Assembly: GCA_041690595.1 (NCBI GenBank)
Contig: JAWLHB010000007.1
Location: 124,001-188,000 of the forward strand
DNA length: 64,000 nt
Direction of reading: 5' to 3'
From: Lentisphaeria bacterium
GTDB taxonomy: Bacteria > Verrucomicrobiota > Lentisphaeria > JABSQK01 > JAWLHB01
In this document: piece by piece, positions 51,374 through 64,000 of the stretch
Numbering within the stretch: position 1 is the stretch's first letter
Layout of the letters: the number at the start of each line of letters is the position of its first letter
The notes under the pieces: generated by a model
The model's input: the letters and a program-made list of their open reading frames with translations, nothing else
Database searches by the model: none
What the model was told of the DNA's origin: nothing
Made by a program: the position numbers and the translations under genes

Positions 51374-52144
51374 TCAGGAATGAACTGCCTGCAGGAAACG
51401 CTCGACAACCTCCCGCAGGTCGTCTGTCAGACGCAGGTAGACTTCGTTGATGACGGCTTGGGGGAGGTCGTTGCGGAGGGGCTCGGCGACGGCGCCTGCC
51501 ATGCAGGCGATGGTGTCGCAGTCCCCGCCCATCCAGATGGCGCTGCGGATGGCATTTTCGACGGTGTCGGTGCTGAGGGCGGCGCAGAGGGCGGGTGGGA
51601 CCGACTCCCGGCAGGTTTCATCGCAGAAGTACTGTGTCGTCGCATCGTAGGGCGACGTGGGAATGTCGTAGCCGATATCTTTTTCCAGGAAACGGCGGAT
51701 GTCGTCGACGCTGCAGGCTTGGCGGGCGAGGAAGATGGCGCCGGCGATGGCTTTGGCGCCGCGGATGGCTTCGGAGTGATTGTGCGTGACAACGGCGCTG
51801 CGCTCAGCCTCGTCCAAGGTCTCTTCCAGGGTGTCGAACCACCAGCCCACGGGGCTGACGCGCATGGCGGAGCCATTACCGTAGCTGTTATAGGAAGCGC
51901 GGTTGGTGCTGCGCGCCCAGCGATGGAACATGCCGCCGTAGCCGGCGTTGGGGTAGCTGGCGAAGTAACGGGCATAGGTTTCGGCATAATCGCCGCCATC
52001 GAGCAGCACCTCGGCAGTCGCGATGGTGAGGACGCTGTCGTCGGTAAAGCGGCTGGTTTCTTGGAAGAGGGAGAAGCCGGCTTTGCCGCTGGCTGCCCCT
52101 TCGTAAACGGAACCGATGACATCTCCGGCCAGTGCGCCTAACAT
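51374..52144 (-). CDS. ADP-ribosylglycohydrolase (DraG/ARH family)
   Basis: MLGALAGDVIGS.YE, FTDD, SYGNGSAMRVSP, VTHNH, GGDCDT. Confidence 0.93.
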   Translation of the reverse strand: MLGALAGDVIGSVYEGAASGKAGFSLFQETSRFTDDSVLTIATAEVLLDGGDYAETYARYFASYPNAGYGGMFHRWARSTNRASYNSYGNGSAMRVSPVGWWFDTLEETLDEAERSAVVTHNHSEAIRGAKAIAGAIFLARQACSVDDIRRFLEKDIGYDIPTSPYDATTQYFCDETCRESVPPALCAALSTDTVENAIRSAIWMGGDCDTIACMAGAVAEPLRNDLPQAVINEVYLRLTDDLREVVERFLQAVHS

Positions 52145-52173
52145 CGGATTCACCTTTCAGTTGGTTTGGTGGT

Positions 52174-53367
52174 TCACTCTTCGTCGCGGGCGATCCGCAG
52201 GATGCGGTGATGGAGGTCGCGGGCTTCGGCGGCGCGAGCTGCATCGGGCGGATTGTGCGCATAACGGGCTTCGAGGAAGAGCTCGGTGAGCTGGGTGAGT
52301 TCGCCGGTGGCATGCTGCAGACGCCGCGTCACAAAGCGCAGGTACTCCTCGGGAGTGGCCGAAATTTTAAGCTCGTATCCGAGGCGGGTCAGTCCATTGC
52401 GGGTCTTGATGTAGGCGGTGATGATCTGGCGGCGGGTATCGTCCCAGTCACGGCTCAGGCCGAAGAGGCGGAAGGTGAAGAGCGGGTTTGCCTCCTGACT
52501 CAGTTGGCTGGGCGGCAGCCCTGCCTGAACGGCGCGGCGCCGGCGGATGATGGCGCCAATCATGCGCACCCCAAGAAAGACGGCAAAGCCGGACATGGCC
52601 AGCCAGGCAACGAGGCGAATGATCGCGGCGAGGCCGAAGTCTTCGTCGGTGGCGGTGGCGGCGGCCCGCTGAATGCCGGGCTCGATGATATCCCAGAGCA
52701 TCAGGTAGACGGCGCCGTGCAGAATGCCCGTGCCAATCAGGGAGATGATGGCGGCGCCGCCAACGACGAGGAGGTTGCGACGCATGAGCAGCCAGTTCAG
52801 CCGCCGGGAGGCTGCCTCGTCCAGATCGGGATAACAGATCATGGCGAGGTAGCAGGTGACGGCATGCATCAACGCGGCGCCGGCCGCCGCCGCCATCACA
52901 AAGACGCCCGGATGGGCGAAGAGGCTGGCAAGGAGGATAAAGCCGGCGGTGACGATGATGTTGATCAGGATGCCATCGTGCTGCTGTTGCTCCAGGGTGC
53001 CGATGGCGGCCAGCATCAGGAGGTAGATGTTGAGCAGCCAGGCATATTGATGCTCATCGTAGATGGCAATCGTGCCGAGGAGAACGGGCACTGCCACCAG
53101 AAGGAAGAGCCGGGCCAGGACCGCGTTGAGGTGGCTTTCGCGAAAGGTGATGATCTGCATCAGATCGCCAAGGTGAAAGGCGGGCATATGGCCGTCGGAA
53201 AAGGCGGGCAGCGCGTGCAGCGCCAGGAGGATGAAGGCACCGACCGCCAGGAGTGGCTCTTCGGCGATGTGACGCCAGTTGGCCGCGACGGCGGCCAGGA
53301 CCACCGCGCCGCCCAAGGTCAGGCTGTAGGCCGCGGCCAGATTGCGCGAGCTTCCCGAGCCTTTCAT
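52174..53367 (-). CDS. Polytopic membrane protein with C-terminal DUF4129-like domain
   Basis: About 8 TMs, TPEEY...LTELFLEARY; ATGA overlap with DUF58 fixes the start at 53367. Confidence 0.78.
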   Translation of the reverse strand: MKGSGSSRNLAAAYSLTLGGAVVLAAVAANWRHIAEEPLLAVGAFILLALHALPAFSDGHMPAFHLGDLMQIITFRESHLNAVLARLFLLVAVPVLLGTIAIYDEHQYAWLLNIYLLMLAAIGTLEQQQHDGILINIIVTAGFILLASLFAHPGVFVMAAAAGAALMHAVTCYLAMICYPDLDEAASRRLNWLLMRRNLLVVGGAAIISLIGTGILHGAVYLMLWDIIEPGIQRAAATATDEDFGLAAIIRLVAWLAMSGFAVFLGVRMIGAIIRRRRAVQAGLPPSQLSQEANPLFTFRLFGLSRDWDDTRRQIITAYIKTRNGLTRLGYELKISATPEEYLRFVTRRLQHATGELTQLTELFLEARYAHNPPDAARAAEARDLHHRILRIARDEE

Positions 53368-54662
53368 GATACCCCCTCCGCTTCCACCGCCAGGGGCAGC
53401 GAGAGTTTCATCGGCAGATCGTCGCCCTGACGGATGAAGTGGACGGTAACGCCCTGGCGCATGAGCGTCTGCTGGGCGGCGGTGGCGCGTTCGAAGTTGT
53501 GGATTTCGTAGACGGGGAGGAAGGAGGTGTGGTCGAGGATAATGGCCGTGATGCGCACCTTGCGGCTGCGCAGGAGCTGGATGGCGTTGAGGTAGGCATC
53601 GACGTCGATGTCGCATTTGCTGAAGATGAGGATAGCGTTGGAGTCTTCGGGCACCAACTCGACATAGGCATCGATCAGGTCGTAGAGGGGGCGTTTGCCG
53701 TCGGCGCGAACGCGCGCGAGCTCCTGCATGACGGAGGTGAAGTGCCAGCTTCCGGAACCGAGAGGCAGGTAGACGAGGCGATCGCCTTCCGCCAGCAGTT
53801 GGACCTGGTGTCCTTCATCGAGTGCATACCTGGCGATGCTGCCGGCGATTTTGATTGCGTACTCGCTGGTGCAGTGGCGGCCGATACCGGCGACGCTTGC
53901 CTTGGAAAGGTCGAAGAAGAGGGTGACGCGCACGGCGCCGGTTTGCTCGAACTCCTTGAGCATCAACTGCCCGGTGCGCGCGGTGGCGGGCCAGTGAATG
54001 CGCCGGGTATCGTCGAAGTCGCGATATTCACGGATGCTGGCGAATTCGAGGCCGTTGCCGATTCGGGGATTGGTGTAGGTGCCGAAGCTGAAGCGGGAGG
54101 CGATGCCCTGCAGCGGGAAGTCGATCAGCGCAAAAGGCGGGGGATAGACGAAGAAGTCGTACTGTTGTTCATCGGCGGCGACGAGGGTATAGAAGCCGAA
54201 GAGGTCGTAGGCGACCAGGCGCAGGGGGCCGATCGTGTAGCGGCCGCGCTTGCTGGTGCAGTGGAATTCGAGCGGAACCATGTAGCTGACGTTCGGCATC
54301 ACCGGCAGGCGCATGTTGACCAGCTGCCGTTCGTGACCGGAGGGCGGGAAGCGATCCTCCATCTGCACCAGAAAGCTGGCGAAGATGGAGCGATTTTCGA
54401 CCCGCGCCGTCACGGTGGCCAGGGAGTTCTCGAAGCCGCGATTGTTGGGCATGATCCGCTTGACCGTCGTGGCCCGTACGCCATGAAAGGTGATCGAGAA
54501 GGAGATCAACCCCGCGGCCATGACGAAGAGGGCGAACCAGGTGATGATGTAGCCGCCGCCAATCGCTCCAGCAAGAATGAAGAGCCCGGCGATCATCAAG
54601 AGGCTGTAGCGCGTCAGCAGAGTCGCGTCCACCAGCTCGAGAGGATCGCGCTGACGGCTCAT
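53364..54662 (-). CDS. DUF58 (vWA-like) protein
   Basis: RGRY.IGP, EFASIREY..DD.RRIHWPATAR, LMLKEFE; ATGA overlap with MoxR. Confidence 0.92.
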   Translation of the reverse strand: MSRQRDPLELVDATLLTRYSLLMIAGLFILAGAIGGGYIITWFALFVMAAGLISFSITFHGVRATTVKRIMPNNRGFENSLATVTARVENRSIFASFLVQMEDRFPPSGHERQLVNMRLPVMPNVSYMVPLEFHCTSKRGRYTIGPLRLVAYDLFGFYTLVAADEQQYDFFVYPPPFALIDFPLQGIASRFSFGTYTNPRIGNGLEFASIREYRDFDDTRRIHWPATARTGQLMLKEFEQTGAVRVTLFFDLSKASVAGIGRHCTSEYAIKIAGSIARYALDEGHQVQLLAEGDRLVYLPLGSGSWHFTSVMQELARVRADGKRPLYDLIDAYVELVPEDSNAILIFSKCDIDVDAYLNAIQLLRSRKVRITAIILDHTSFLPVYEIHNFERATAAQQTLMRQGVTVHFIRQGDDLPMKLSLPLAVEAEGVS

Positions 54663-55594
54663 GAGATCGGCACCTCCACCATGGTCAGAACATCGTCGAG
54701 GACCTTGTCGGCGGTCATGCCGGTGAGGCGTGCCTGCGGTTTGAGGATGAGGCGATGGCGCAGGACGGGATAGACGATGCGCTTGATGTGATCGGGGGTC
54801 ACGTACTCGCGACCATCGAGCATGGCGGTGGCTTGGGCGGCGCGCCGCAGGGCGAGGGTGCCGCGGGGACTGGAGCCGAGCTGCACCTCGCGATGCTCGC
54901 GCGTCGCCTTGACGATCTGGGCGATGTAGAGCAGCAGCGATTCCTCGACATGTACGTTGAGCACCTCCTGCTGGAGCGCCAGCACGTCGGCGACATCCAG
55001 AACCGAGCGCAGATCCTCGAGGGGGTGATGCCGATCCTGTGCCTTCATGACCGCCACTTCCTGCTCCGGCTCGAGGTAGCCGACCACGACCTTCATGAAG
55101 AAGCGATCCAACTGGGCTTCCGGCAGGGGATAGGTGCCTTGCAGCTCGATCGGGTTCTGGGTCGCCACCACGAAGAAGAGTTCGGGCAGGCGGTAGGTGG
55201 TGCCGTCCAGACTCACCTGGCGCTCCTCCATGGCCTCGAGGAGGCTGGACTGGGTGCGGGGCGTGCCGCGGTTGATCTCGTCCGCCAGGAGGACCTCGGT
55301 GAAGATGGGGCCCCGGCGGAAGTAGAAGTCGCTGGTCTGCTGATTGTAGACATTGGCGCCGGTGATGTCGCTGGGGAGGAGATCGGGGGTGAACTGAAGG
55401 CGTTTGAATTCGGCGCGCATGGAGCCGCTCATGGTCTTGGCGAGGAGGGTCTTGCCGACTCCGGGAATGTCCTCGATCAGCAGATGGCCGCGGCAGAGCA
55501 GGCAGGCGACGGCCTGGAGGATGACCTCGTCCTTGCCCACGATGACGGTGCGGATGTTGTCGACCAGCAGTTTGGCTTTGGGTGAGAGGCTCAT
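54659..55594 (-). CDS. moxR: MoxR-family AAA+ ATPase
   Basis: EDIPGVGKT, QFTPDLLPSD, LADEINR, ATQNPIE, LDRF. Confidence 0.95.
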   Translation of the reverse strand: MSLSPKAKLLVDNIRTVIVGKDEVILQAVACLLCRGHLLIEDIPGVGKTLLAKTMSGSMRAEFKRLQFTPDLLPSDITGANVYNQQTSDFYFRRGPIFTEVLLADEINRGTPRTQSSLLEAMEERQVSLDGTTYRLPELFFVVATQNPIELQGTYPLPEAQLDRFFMKVVVGYLEPEQEVAVMKAQDRHHPLEDLRSVLDVADVLALQQEVLNVHVEESLLLYIAQIVKATREHREVQLGSSPRGTLALRRAAQATAMLDGREYVTPDHIKRIVYPVLRHRLILKPQARLTGMTADKVLDDVLTMVEVPIS

Positions 55595-56283
55595 CAATAG
55601 GCCTCGGCTCGGGCGCCATGTTCTCCGGCGAGGAGGGCCGCCACGGTCGTCGATCCCACCCCGAGGCGAGTGCAGCCCATGTGGATGAAGTCCCAGGCGG
55701 CAGCGCTGTCGCGAATGCCCCCGGAGGCCTTGACGGCGATCGCGCCGTCTGCCGCTGCCAGCATGGCCGCCACGGCCTCGCGCGTTGCTCCACCCGAGGC
55801 AAATCCGGTGGAACTCTTCACGAAGTCGACCTGCGCTTCGATGGCCAGCTCGGTGGCACGCCGGATCTGCGCTTCATCGAGTTCCGATGTCTCCAGAATC
55901 GCCTTCAGGATGATGCCTTCATCACGCGTCACCTGCGAGACGGCGCGCATATCTTCCCGGACGAGTTGCCATTCGTCCGAGCGAATGAGGCCATAGTTGA
56001 CGACCATGTCGATCTCGCTTGCGCCGAGGGCGATATAATGGCGCGCCTCGGCGGTTTTCACTGCCGGCAGGCCGACACCGTGGGGAAAGCTGAGGACGGT
56101 GCCGGCGGCCGTGCGCGTACCGCGGCAGAGATCGACCGCCAGTTGCAGGTCGGCAGGTCGTACGCAGATGGCCTTCACCTCGAATTCGATGCCGGACTGC
56201 ATCGCGGCAATGGCATCGGCGCGGGCCAGACCGGGTTGCAGCACGGCCGAGTCGATGTAACGGTTGAGCTGCGTGTGGTCCAT
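55594..56283 (-). CDS. deoC: Deoxyribose-phosphate aldolase
   Basis: SFPHG, GASEIDMV, KAILET, FVKSSTGF, VKASGGIR, RLG; AAGGAG RBS. Confidence 0.93.
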   Translation of the reverse strand: MDHTQLNRYIDSAVLQPGLARADAIAAMQSGIEFEVKAICVRPADLQLAVDLCRGTRTAAGTVLSFPHGVGLPAVKTAEARHYIALGASEIDMVVNYGLIRSDEWQLVREDMRAVSQVTRDEGIILKAILETSELDEAQIRRATELAIEAQVDFVKSSTGFASGGATREAVAAMLAAADGAIAVKASGGIRDSAAAWDFIHMGCTRLGVGSTTVAALLAGEHGARAEAY

Positions 56284-56439
56284 TCGTGATCTCCTTGCTG
56301 CAGGCGGTTGCCCGTCAAATTGTCGTTGTCATCCCCATTGAAGCTAAAATAGGCGCGAGGTGCGTCGGAGTAAAGCGTGCGCGGCTGTTCTGCTTCATCG
56401 AATGCGACACTTGCAGCTGGAGCTTTATGGCGGAGATGT

Positions 56440-57411
56440 TCAGGCGAGGCGCAGGAATTCGCGCATTGCGGCGCTGGTGCGTGTGGCCGAGCCTTCCTGG
56501 AGGAGGGCGTCGAAACGTTCAAGACCGAACTCCTCCATCCTGCGCCAGAGCCCGTCGAGGAAGCGGATGGACTCGTTGATCGCGTCCCGGCCATCCTCGC
56601 GATAGGGATACTGATCCATGGAGTACCAGCCCTGGTAGTCGAGCTTGTGCAGCCAGTAAAGCATCTCGACGTACTCCATGAGGTGGACGCTGCCGACGAT
56701 CATGTCGTCGTCCCAATAGCGGTAGTTGTCGTTGAAGTGCATGTGGTAAAGCTTGCCGTAGCGCATGAGGAGAGCGATGGACTCGGCGACGTTTTCGTAG
56801 GCCATCATGGCGTGTCCGGTGTCGATGGTGACGCCGACGTTGTCGCATCTGGTGTCCATGGCGATGAGGAGGGTGTCGGCGGCGCGGGCCATGTAGGAAT
56901 GAGTGCGGGGTTCCTTGAGCTTGTACTCCAGAGCGAGCCGGATGTCGGGCCGATAGTCGGCACACTCGACGACTCCCTCGACGAGGTAATCGCGGGCGCG
57001 CCGGAAGTCGCCCTGGAAGCAGTAGTCGTAGCCATCCTGACCGGGCCACAGGTTGAGCATGCCGCAGCCAAGTTCCGCGGCGGCGTCCATCATGGCCTTC
57101 GTCTCGTCAATGGCCTGGCGGCGGATGGCGCTGTCACGGGAGGTGAAGGCGCCATTTCCCCAGCGTTTCTGGGCGAAGTGATCCGGGATGATCGAGGCGC
57201 ATTTGAGGTTGTTGCGCTCCAGGAGTTGCTTGATCTCGGTAACATTCCGGCTGGTGATGTCCCAAGTCCCCACCAGTTCTATTCCGCTCACCCCCTCAAT
57301 GGATGCCGCCTGGCGGAACATCTCTTCCTTGGGAGGCTGATCTTTGTAGCCGGTGGATAGAAAGCGGTCGCAGGTATTGCCCAGATTGCCCAGGATCACG
57401 GCGAAGTTCAT
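56440..57411 (-). CDS. Xylose-isomerase-like TIM-barrel sugar isomerase/epimerase
   Basis: WPGQDG, LEYKLKEPR, DTGH, HFNDN..WDDD; GAGGAGG RBS. Confidence 0.88.
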   Translation of the reverse strand: MNFAVILGNLGNTCDRFLSTGYKDQPPKEEMFRQAASIEGVSGIELVGTWDITSRNVTEIKQLLERNNLKCASIIPDHFAQKRWGNGAFTSRDSAIRRQAIDETKAMMDAAAELGCGMLNLWPGQDGYDYCFQGDFRRARDYLVEGVVECADYRPDIRLALEYKLKEPRTHSYMARAADTLLIAMDTRCDNVGVTIDTGHAMMAYENVAESIALLMRYGKLYHMHFNDNYRYWDDDMIVGSVHLMEYVEMLYWLHKLDYQGWYSMDQYPYREDGRDAINESIRFLDGLWRRMEEFGLERFDALLQEGSATRTSAAMREFLRLA

Positions 57412-57458
57412 GGAAGTATCCTCCTCAGGTGATGGCCGAATCAGTCGTTGACCCAAAG

Positions 57459-57487
57459 ACTATAGCCGCATCTTATCACGTGATAAA
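57459..57487 (-). promoter_or_regulatory. Promoter with a perfect 14-bp palindromic operator
   Basis: TATAGT -10 at 57459-57464; TTATCACGTGATAA at 57473-57486 covers the expected -35. Confidence 0.6.
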
Positions 57488-57519
57488 GAAGGCGGTTCAA
57501 AATTCATCGCTTGCGGGCT

Positions 57520-58992
57520 TCAGTCTTGGATTCTGAAGGCGCGATCGATGCGCGTCTGCTCGGGCGGCCGGGTCATCAGGCTGACGATGGGGACTACGGC
57601 AAAGGGGAGGATCATGGCGATGCAGGCGGAGACCGGCACCGGCACCTGCTTCGCAAAGAAGATGAAGAGAATCAGCGCGGACAACATCCCGGTCAGCATG
57701 CCCGCCATGGCTCCCGCTTTGGTGGTGCGGCGCCAGAAGAGGCCGTAGATGTAGGGCGCCATAAAGGCTCCCGCCACCGTGCCCCACGACATTGCGATCA
57801 GGTCGACGATGAACTTGGCGCCGCGCTCCGCCATCAGAGCGAGCACCACGGAAGCAATGATGAGCACCACCGTGAGGGCGCGCATGATGAGCACCTGGCG
57901 TTTCCTGGTGATGGAATCCGCGAGGTGCACCTTGGCCACATCCACTACAATGGCCGACGCGGAAACGAGGATAAGCGAGGCGAGGGTCGACATGGAAGCC
58001 GAGAGGATCAGCAGCAGGACCAGCCCCATCAGCACGCCGGGCAGAACCAGCTTGAGCAATGCGGGGACCAACTGATCGGGGTTGCCGTTCGGCACCGCCG
58101 ACAGATGGGCATGGGTCATGGCGCCGATGAAGTAGGCGGAGACCACCACGACCAGAGCGAAGAGACCGGTGACGATGGCGCCGCGCGTGATCATCTTCTC
58201 GTCCTTGATCGCGTAGTACTTCTGGATGAGTTGTGGCAGCCCCCAGGTGCCGAAGGAGGTCATGAAGACCAGCGACCAGAGGACCAGATGCCGCTTGAAG
58301 CCCGTCCGCGCAACCTCAGGAAGGTGCTCTACATAGCCCTGCCGGGCCGCGTCGATCATGGCGCCGGGATTCCAGGCGTGCTTCGACAGGATGGTCACCA
58401 CGATGGCGATCGAGCCGATGAACATGATGGTGCCCTGGATGAAGTCGGTGCGACTGGCGGCCTTGTAGCCGCCCAGGACCAGATAGATGCCAGTCAGCGC
58501 GCTCATGAAGATCAGCGCCACGGTATAGGTCACGCCGAGATTGACCTCAAAGAGATGGCCCAACCCCTTGAAGACGCCGGCCGAGTAGGGAAGCAGGAAG
58601 ATGAAGATGATGAAGGCGGCAAGCAGCTTCATGAGCGGCGATCCATAGCGCCCCTCGAAGAACTCCGGCATGGTCATCGCCTGCAGATTGTGGGACATCC
58701 GGCGCGTCCGCCTCCCCAGCACCAGCCAGGCCAGCACCGCGCCGAAAAGTACGTTGCCAATCGCGATCCAGAGTACATCCAGCCCGAATCCCCATCCCAG
58801 CTTGCCCGCGAAGCCGATGAAGACGACCGCCGAGAAATAGGCGGTGCCGTAGGACAAGGCGCTCAGCCAGGGGCCGATCTCCCGGCCACCCAGGACGAAA
58901 TCGCCGATGGAGGTCGTCCGCTTCATGCCCCAGACCCCTACACCGATCATGACGATGGTGAAAATCACAAATGCCGCAATCGTGCCGCCCAT
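57520..58992 (-). CDS. Sodium:solute symporter (PutP/PanF-like)
   Basis: About 13 TMs, DFVLGGR.IGPW, TMPEFF.RY, TDFIQG, SASMST. Confidence 0.92.
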   Translation of the reverse strand: MGGTIAAFVIFTIVMIGVGVWGMKRTTSIGDFVLGGREIGPWLSALSYGTAYFSAVVFIGFAGKLGWGFGLDVLWIAIGNVLFGAVLAWLVLGRRTRRMSHNLQAMTMPEFFEGRYGSPLMKLLAAFIIFIFLLPYSAGVFKGLGHLFEVNLGVTYTVALIFMSALTGIYLVLGGYKAASRTDFIQGTIMFIGSIAIVVTILSKHAWNPGAMIDAARQGYVEHLPEVARTGFKRHLVLWSLVFMTSFGTWGLPQLIQKYYAIKDEKMITRGAIVTGLFALVVVVSAYFIGAMTHAHLSAVPNGNPDQLVPALLKLVLPGVLMGLVLLLILSASMSTLASLILVSASAIVVDVAKVHLADSITRKRQVLIMRALTVVLIIASVVLALMAERGAKFIVDLIAMSWGTVAGAFMAPYIYGLFWRRTTKAGAMAGMLTGMLSALILFIFFAKQVPVPVSACIAMILPFAVVPIVSLMTRPPEQTRIDRAFRIQD

Positions 58993-59168
58993 GGTCTCTC
59001 CCCTTCCCCAGTTGTGAGACTTTTGATTGTTGCTCAAGCCGGAAAGCTATAGCCGCCACATCATAATTCAAATCCGTTAAAGGCAGGTAGCGAAGCGCCG
59101 CCGGCCGCGCTATCGTAGCCGCCATACTCTTTTCCACCTACACAACCGTCAGTCACCGCAGAGGATGA

Positions 59169-62333
<3,165 letters not shown>

Positions 62334-62387
62334 CGGCATCGTCAGGCGGTCAGCGCAATTCTTAACCGTCGCATCATGGTTATTGGC

Positions 62388-62416
62388 TTGTGAACGGTGT
62401 TTGACGTGGCTACAGT
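62388..62416 (+). promoter_or_regulatory. Sigma70-like promoter of the third prepilin gene
   Basis: TTGTGA-17 nt-TACAGT. Confidence 0.45.
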
Positions 62417-62464
62417 AGTCGAAAGGAAGAGGAACCTCAAACTACACCATGGAGCAAGCCGCAG

Positions 62465-63115
62465 ATGAAAAGGCAGAGATTCACCCTTATCGAACTACTG
62501 GTTGTGGTGGCGATTATAGCGATTCTGGCCTCGATGCTTCTGCCCGCGCTGGGCAAAGCCCGCCTGCGCGCCCGCAACATCCAGTGCAGCAACAACCTCA
62601 AGCAGATCGGCCTGGGCATGATGGGTTACGGGGATGAGTATGATCGGTTTCCCGCCAGCACCACCAACAACGACCTGAAGGAACTGCGCTGGTACAAGAG
62701 CGTTCAGCCCTACATCAATGCTGCCACTCCGACCAGTAACAACCGCATGCTCCAGTGTCCCGCCGACGTCAATATGCATGTCTACAAGATCAGCTATGGC
62801 ATGAACTACTACTGGGGACTCTGGCTGAGTGCCGCGAGTGGATGGGACGTCGGGATGCCGAGCCGCTCGACGACGCCCAGCGATACCATTATCGTGGCCG
62901 AAAGCGTCGATCCGACCAACTTTCCGGCTGCTCCCGGCAGTGGACACACCATCTTCTATCTGACGGCCAACTTCGGCGATCGCTTCGAGATTGCGCGTGC
63001 CAGCCGCCACCCCACCAACTGGAATGCCGTCTTCATCGACGGCCATGTGGAAGGTCGATCGGGTCGTCCCACGAACGTAGCGAAGAGCCCCTTCTGGGGC
63101 GATCCTCGTCCGTGA
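62465..63115 (+). CDS. DUF1559 prepilin-like protein with C-terminal H-X9-DG motif
   Basis: [45 protein letters not shown]. Confidence 0.92.
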   Translation: MKRQRFTLIELLVVVAIIAILASMLLPALGKARLRARNIQCSNNLKQIGLGMMGYGDEYDRFPASTTNNDLKELRWYKSVQPYINAATPTSNNRMLQCPADVNMHVYKISYGMNYYWGLWLSAASGWDVGMPSRSTTPSDTIIVAESVDPTNFPAAPGSGHTIFYLTANFGDRFEIARASRHPTNWNAVFIDGHVEGRSGRPTNVAKSPFWGDPRP

Positions 63116-63117
63116 GC

Positions 63118-63999
63118 CTACTCCCGCGGGCGTAAGGTAAAGGTTGTTTCGGTCGTGAGGTTGGTAAGGCGTTCGTTGAGGCGCAGTATCCATGTGCCTG
63201 GGGTATCGTTCAGGGCGGTGGGGATGCGCAGAGTGCCGCGGCCATCGCGCATGGAGACGTTGGTGGCGTAATGGGAGCGCGCCATGCCGTCGGGACCGAT
63301 GACGTCGGCCCGGATCACCGATACGGGCGCGGAGCAGCCACGCAACTCCACCTGCACGAGCTCGCCTGCCTGGACTTCCGTCAGTTCGGTCGAGGGTGGG
63401 GGGGCTGGCGCACTCTGCAGCGCCAGGAGCCTGACTTCGCCATGAGCCATGGTGAAGGCTATCCGCGTGCCTTCGCCGATCCATTCACCCGTGCGCACAT
63501 CGAGCGCCCGCGCCGCGGTCGGCAGGACCAAGAGCATCTCTCCGGCGGATTCGGGAAAGCGATGATCTTGGATCAGGCCGAGAAGGGGGATGTCACCGTT
63601 GGGGTACAGCATGCGTTCGATACCGTGAACGGCCTCGCCGTTCGGCCATTCCAACTTGGCGGGGGGCAGCACGTCGTGGCCGGTCAGCAGGTCGCGCAAG
63701 TGAGCCGACATCACCGCAAAGGCGGGGTCCGATGGTACGTAAGCGGGGAGGATGAAGTTCGCGTAGTGGGCCGCGCCGGCGCCGACCGACATGCTGGCAA
63801 TGGCAACGAGGCCACCGGCGAAGCGCGCGTTGGCCTCGGCGCCGACGAGGGCGATGGCATCGCCGCCGTGGAGTTGCACCGTGTCGTCGTCCGCCAGGGC
63901 CGTCAGACTGTAGGCCGGAAATCGTTGGGGCTGGCGACTGACGCCGAAGAGCTCCTTCAGCCAATGATCGTCAACCGGTGTTCCATCCCCATCCACGCT
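63118..63999 (-). CDS. C-terminal part of a large hypothetical (probably glycan-active) protein, partial
   Basis: Frame is open from the right edge; LKELFGV trimerisation-like segment and Ig-like ALNDTPGTW tail. Confidence 0.65.
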   Translation of the reverse strand, partial: SVDGDGTPVDDHWLKELFGVSRQPQRFPAYSLTALADDDTVQLHGGDAIALVGAEANARFAGGLVAIASMSVGAGAAHYANFILPAYVPSDPAFAVMSAHLRDLLTGHDVLPPAKLEWPNGEAVHGIERMLYPNGDIPLLGLIQDHRFPESAGEMLLVLPTAARALDVRTGEWIGEGTRIAFTMAHGEVRLLALQSAPAPPPSTELTEVQAGELVQVELRGCSAPVSVIRADVIGPDGMARSHYATNVSMRDGRGTLRIPTALNDTPGTWILRLNERLTNLTTETTFTLRPRE

Positions 64000-64000
64000 G

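Noticed and set aside
52174..55802. Apparent long versions of the DUF58 (812 aa) and DUF4129 (480 aa) ORFs suggesting fusions or overlapping genes
   Set aside because: The extensions are Arg/Pro-rich off-frame reads of the upstream genes; ATGA-coupled starts at 54662 and 53367 explain the layout

Overview
GC-rich bacterial chromosome segment, most likely from the PVC superphylum and probably Lentisphaerota-like. This is inferred from three FTLIELL prepilin-like (DUF1559-type) genes, a sulfatase and many orphan glycan-active proteins. Left to right it holds: a minus-strand type IV pilus/type II secretion-like operon (prepilin, lipoprotein secretin, PilM-PilN-like fusion, PilO-like, accessory protein, GspE/PilB ATPase, large exported protein running off the edge); tRNA-Arg(ACG) and tRNA-Phe(GAA); housekeeping genes (endonuclease III-like, LysM L,D-transpeptidase, accA, GTP-PEPCK, deoC); an O-antigen-ligase/TPR membrane protein; a truncated zeta-like ATPase module; and a tightly coupled four-gene signalling operon. 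The rest is mostly carbohydrate utilisation (GH99/71-like, GH66-like, BNR, esterase, beta-helix, GH42-like, GH2, sulfatase, sugar isomerase, symporter), plus a HEAT-Zn finger-nuclease gene and a MoxR/DUF58/DUF4129/ADP-ribosylglycohydrolase cluster. The best candidate for an undescribed system is 17801-23528: a tandem kinase-pseudokinase, a soluble PAS histidine kinase, a sigma-54 response regulator and an S1/P1-nuclease/PLC-fold protein. No CRISPR array, rRNA, integrase or transposase was seen. All family assignments come from motif recognition by eye, not database searches.
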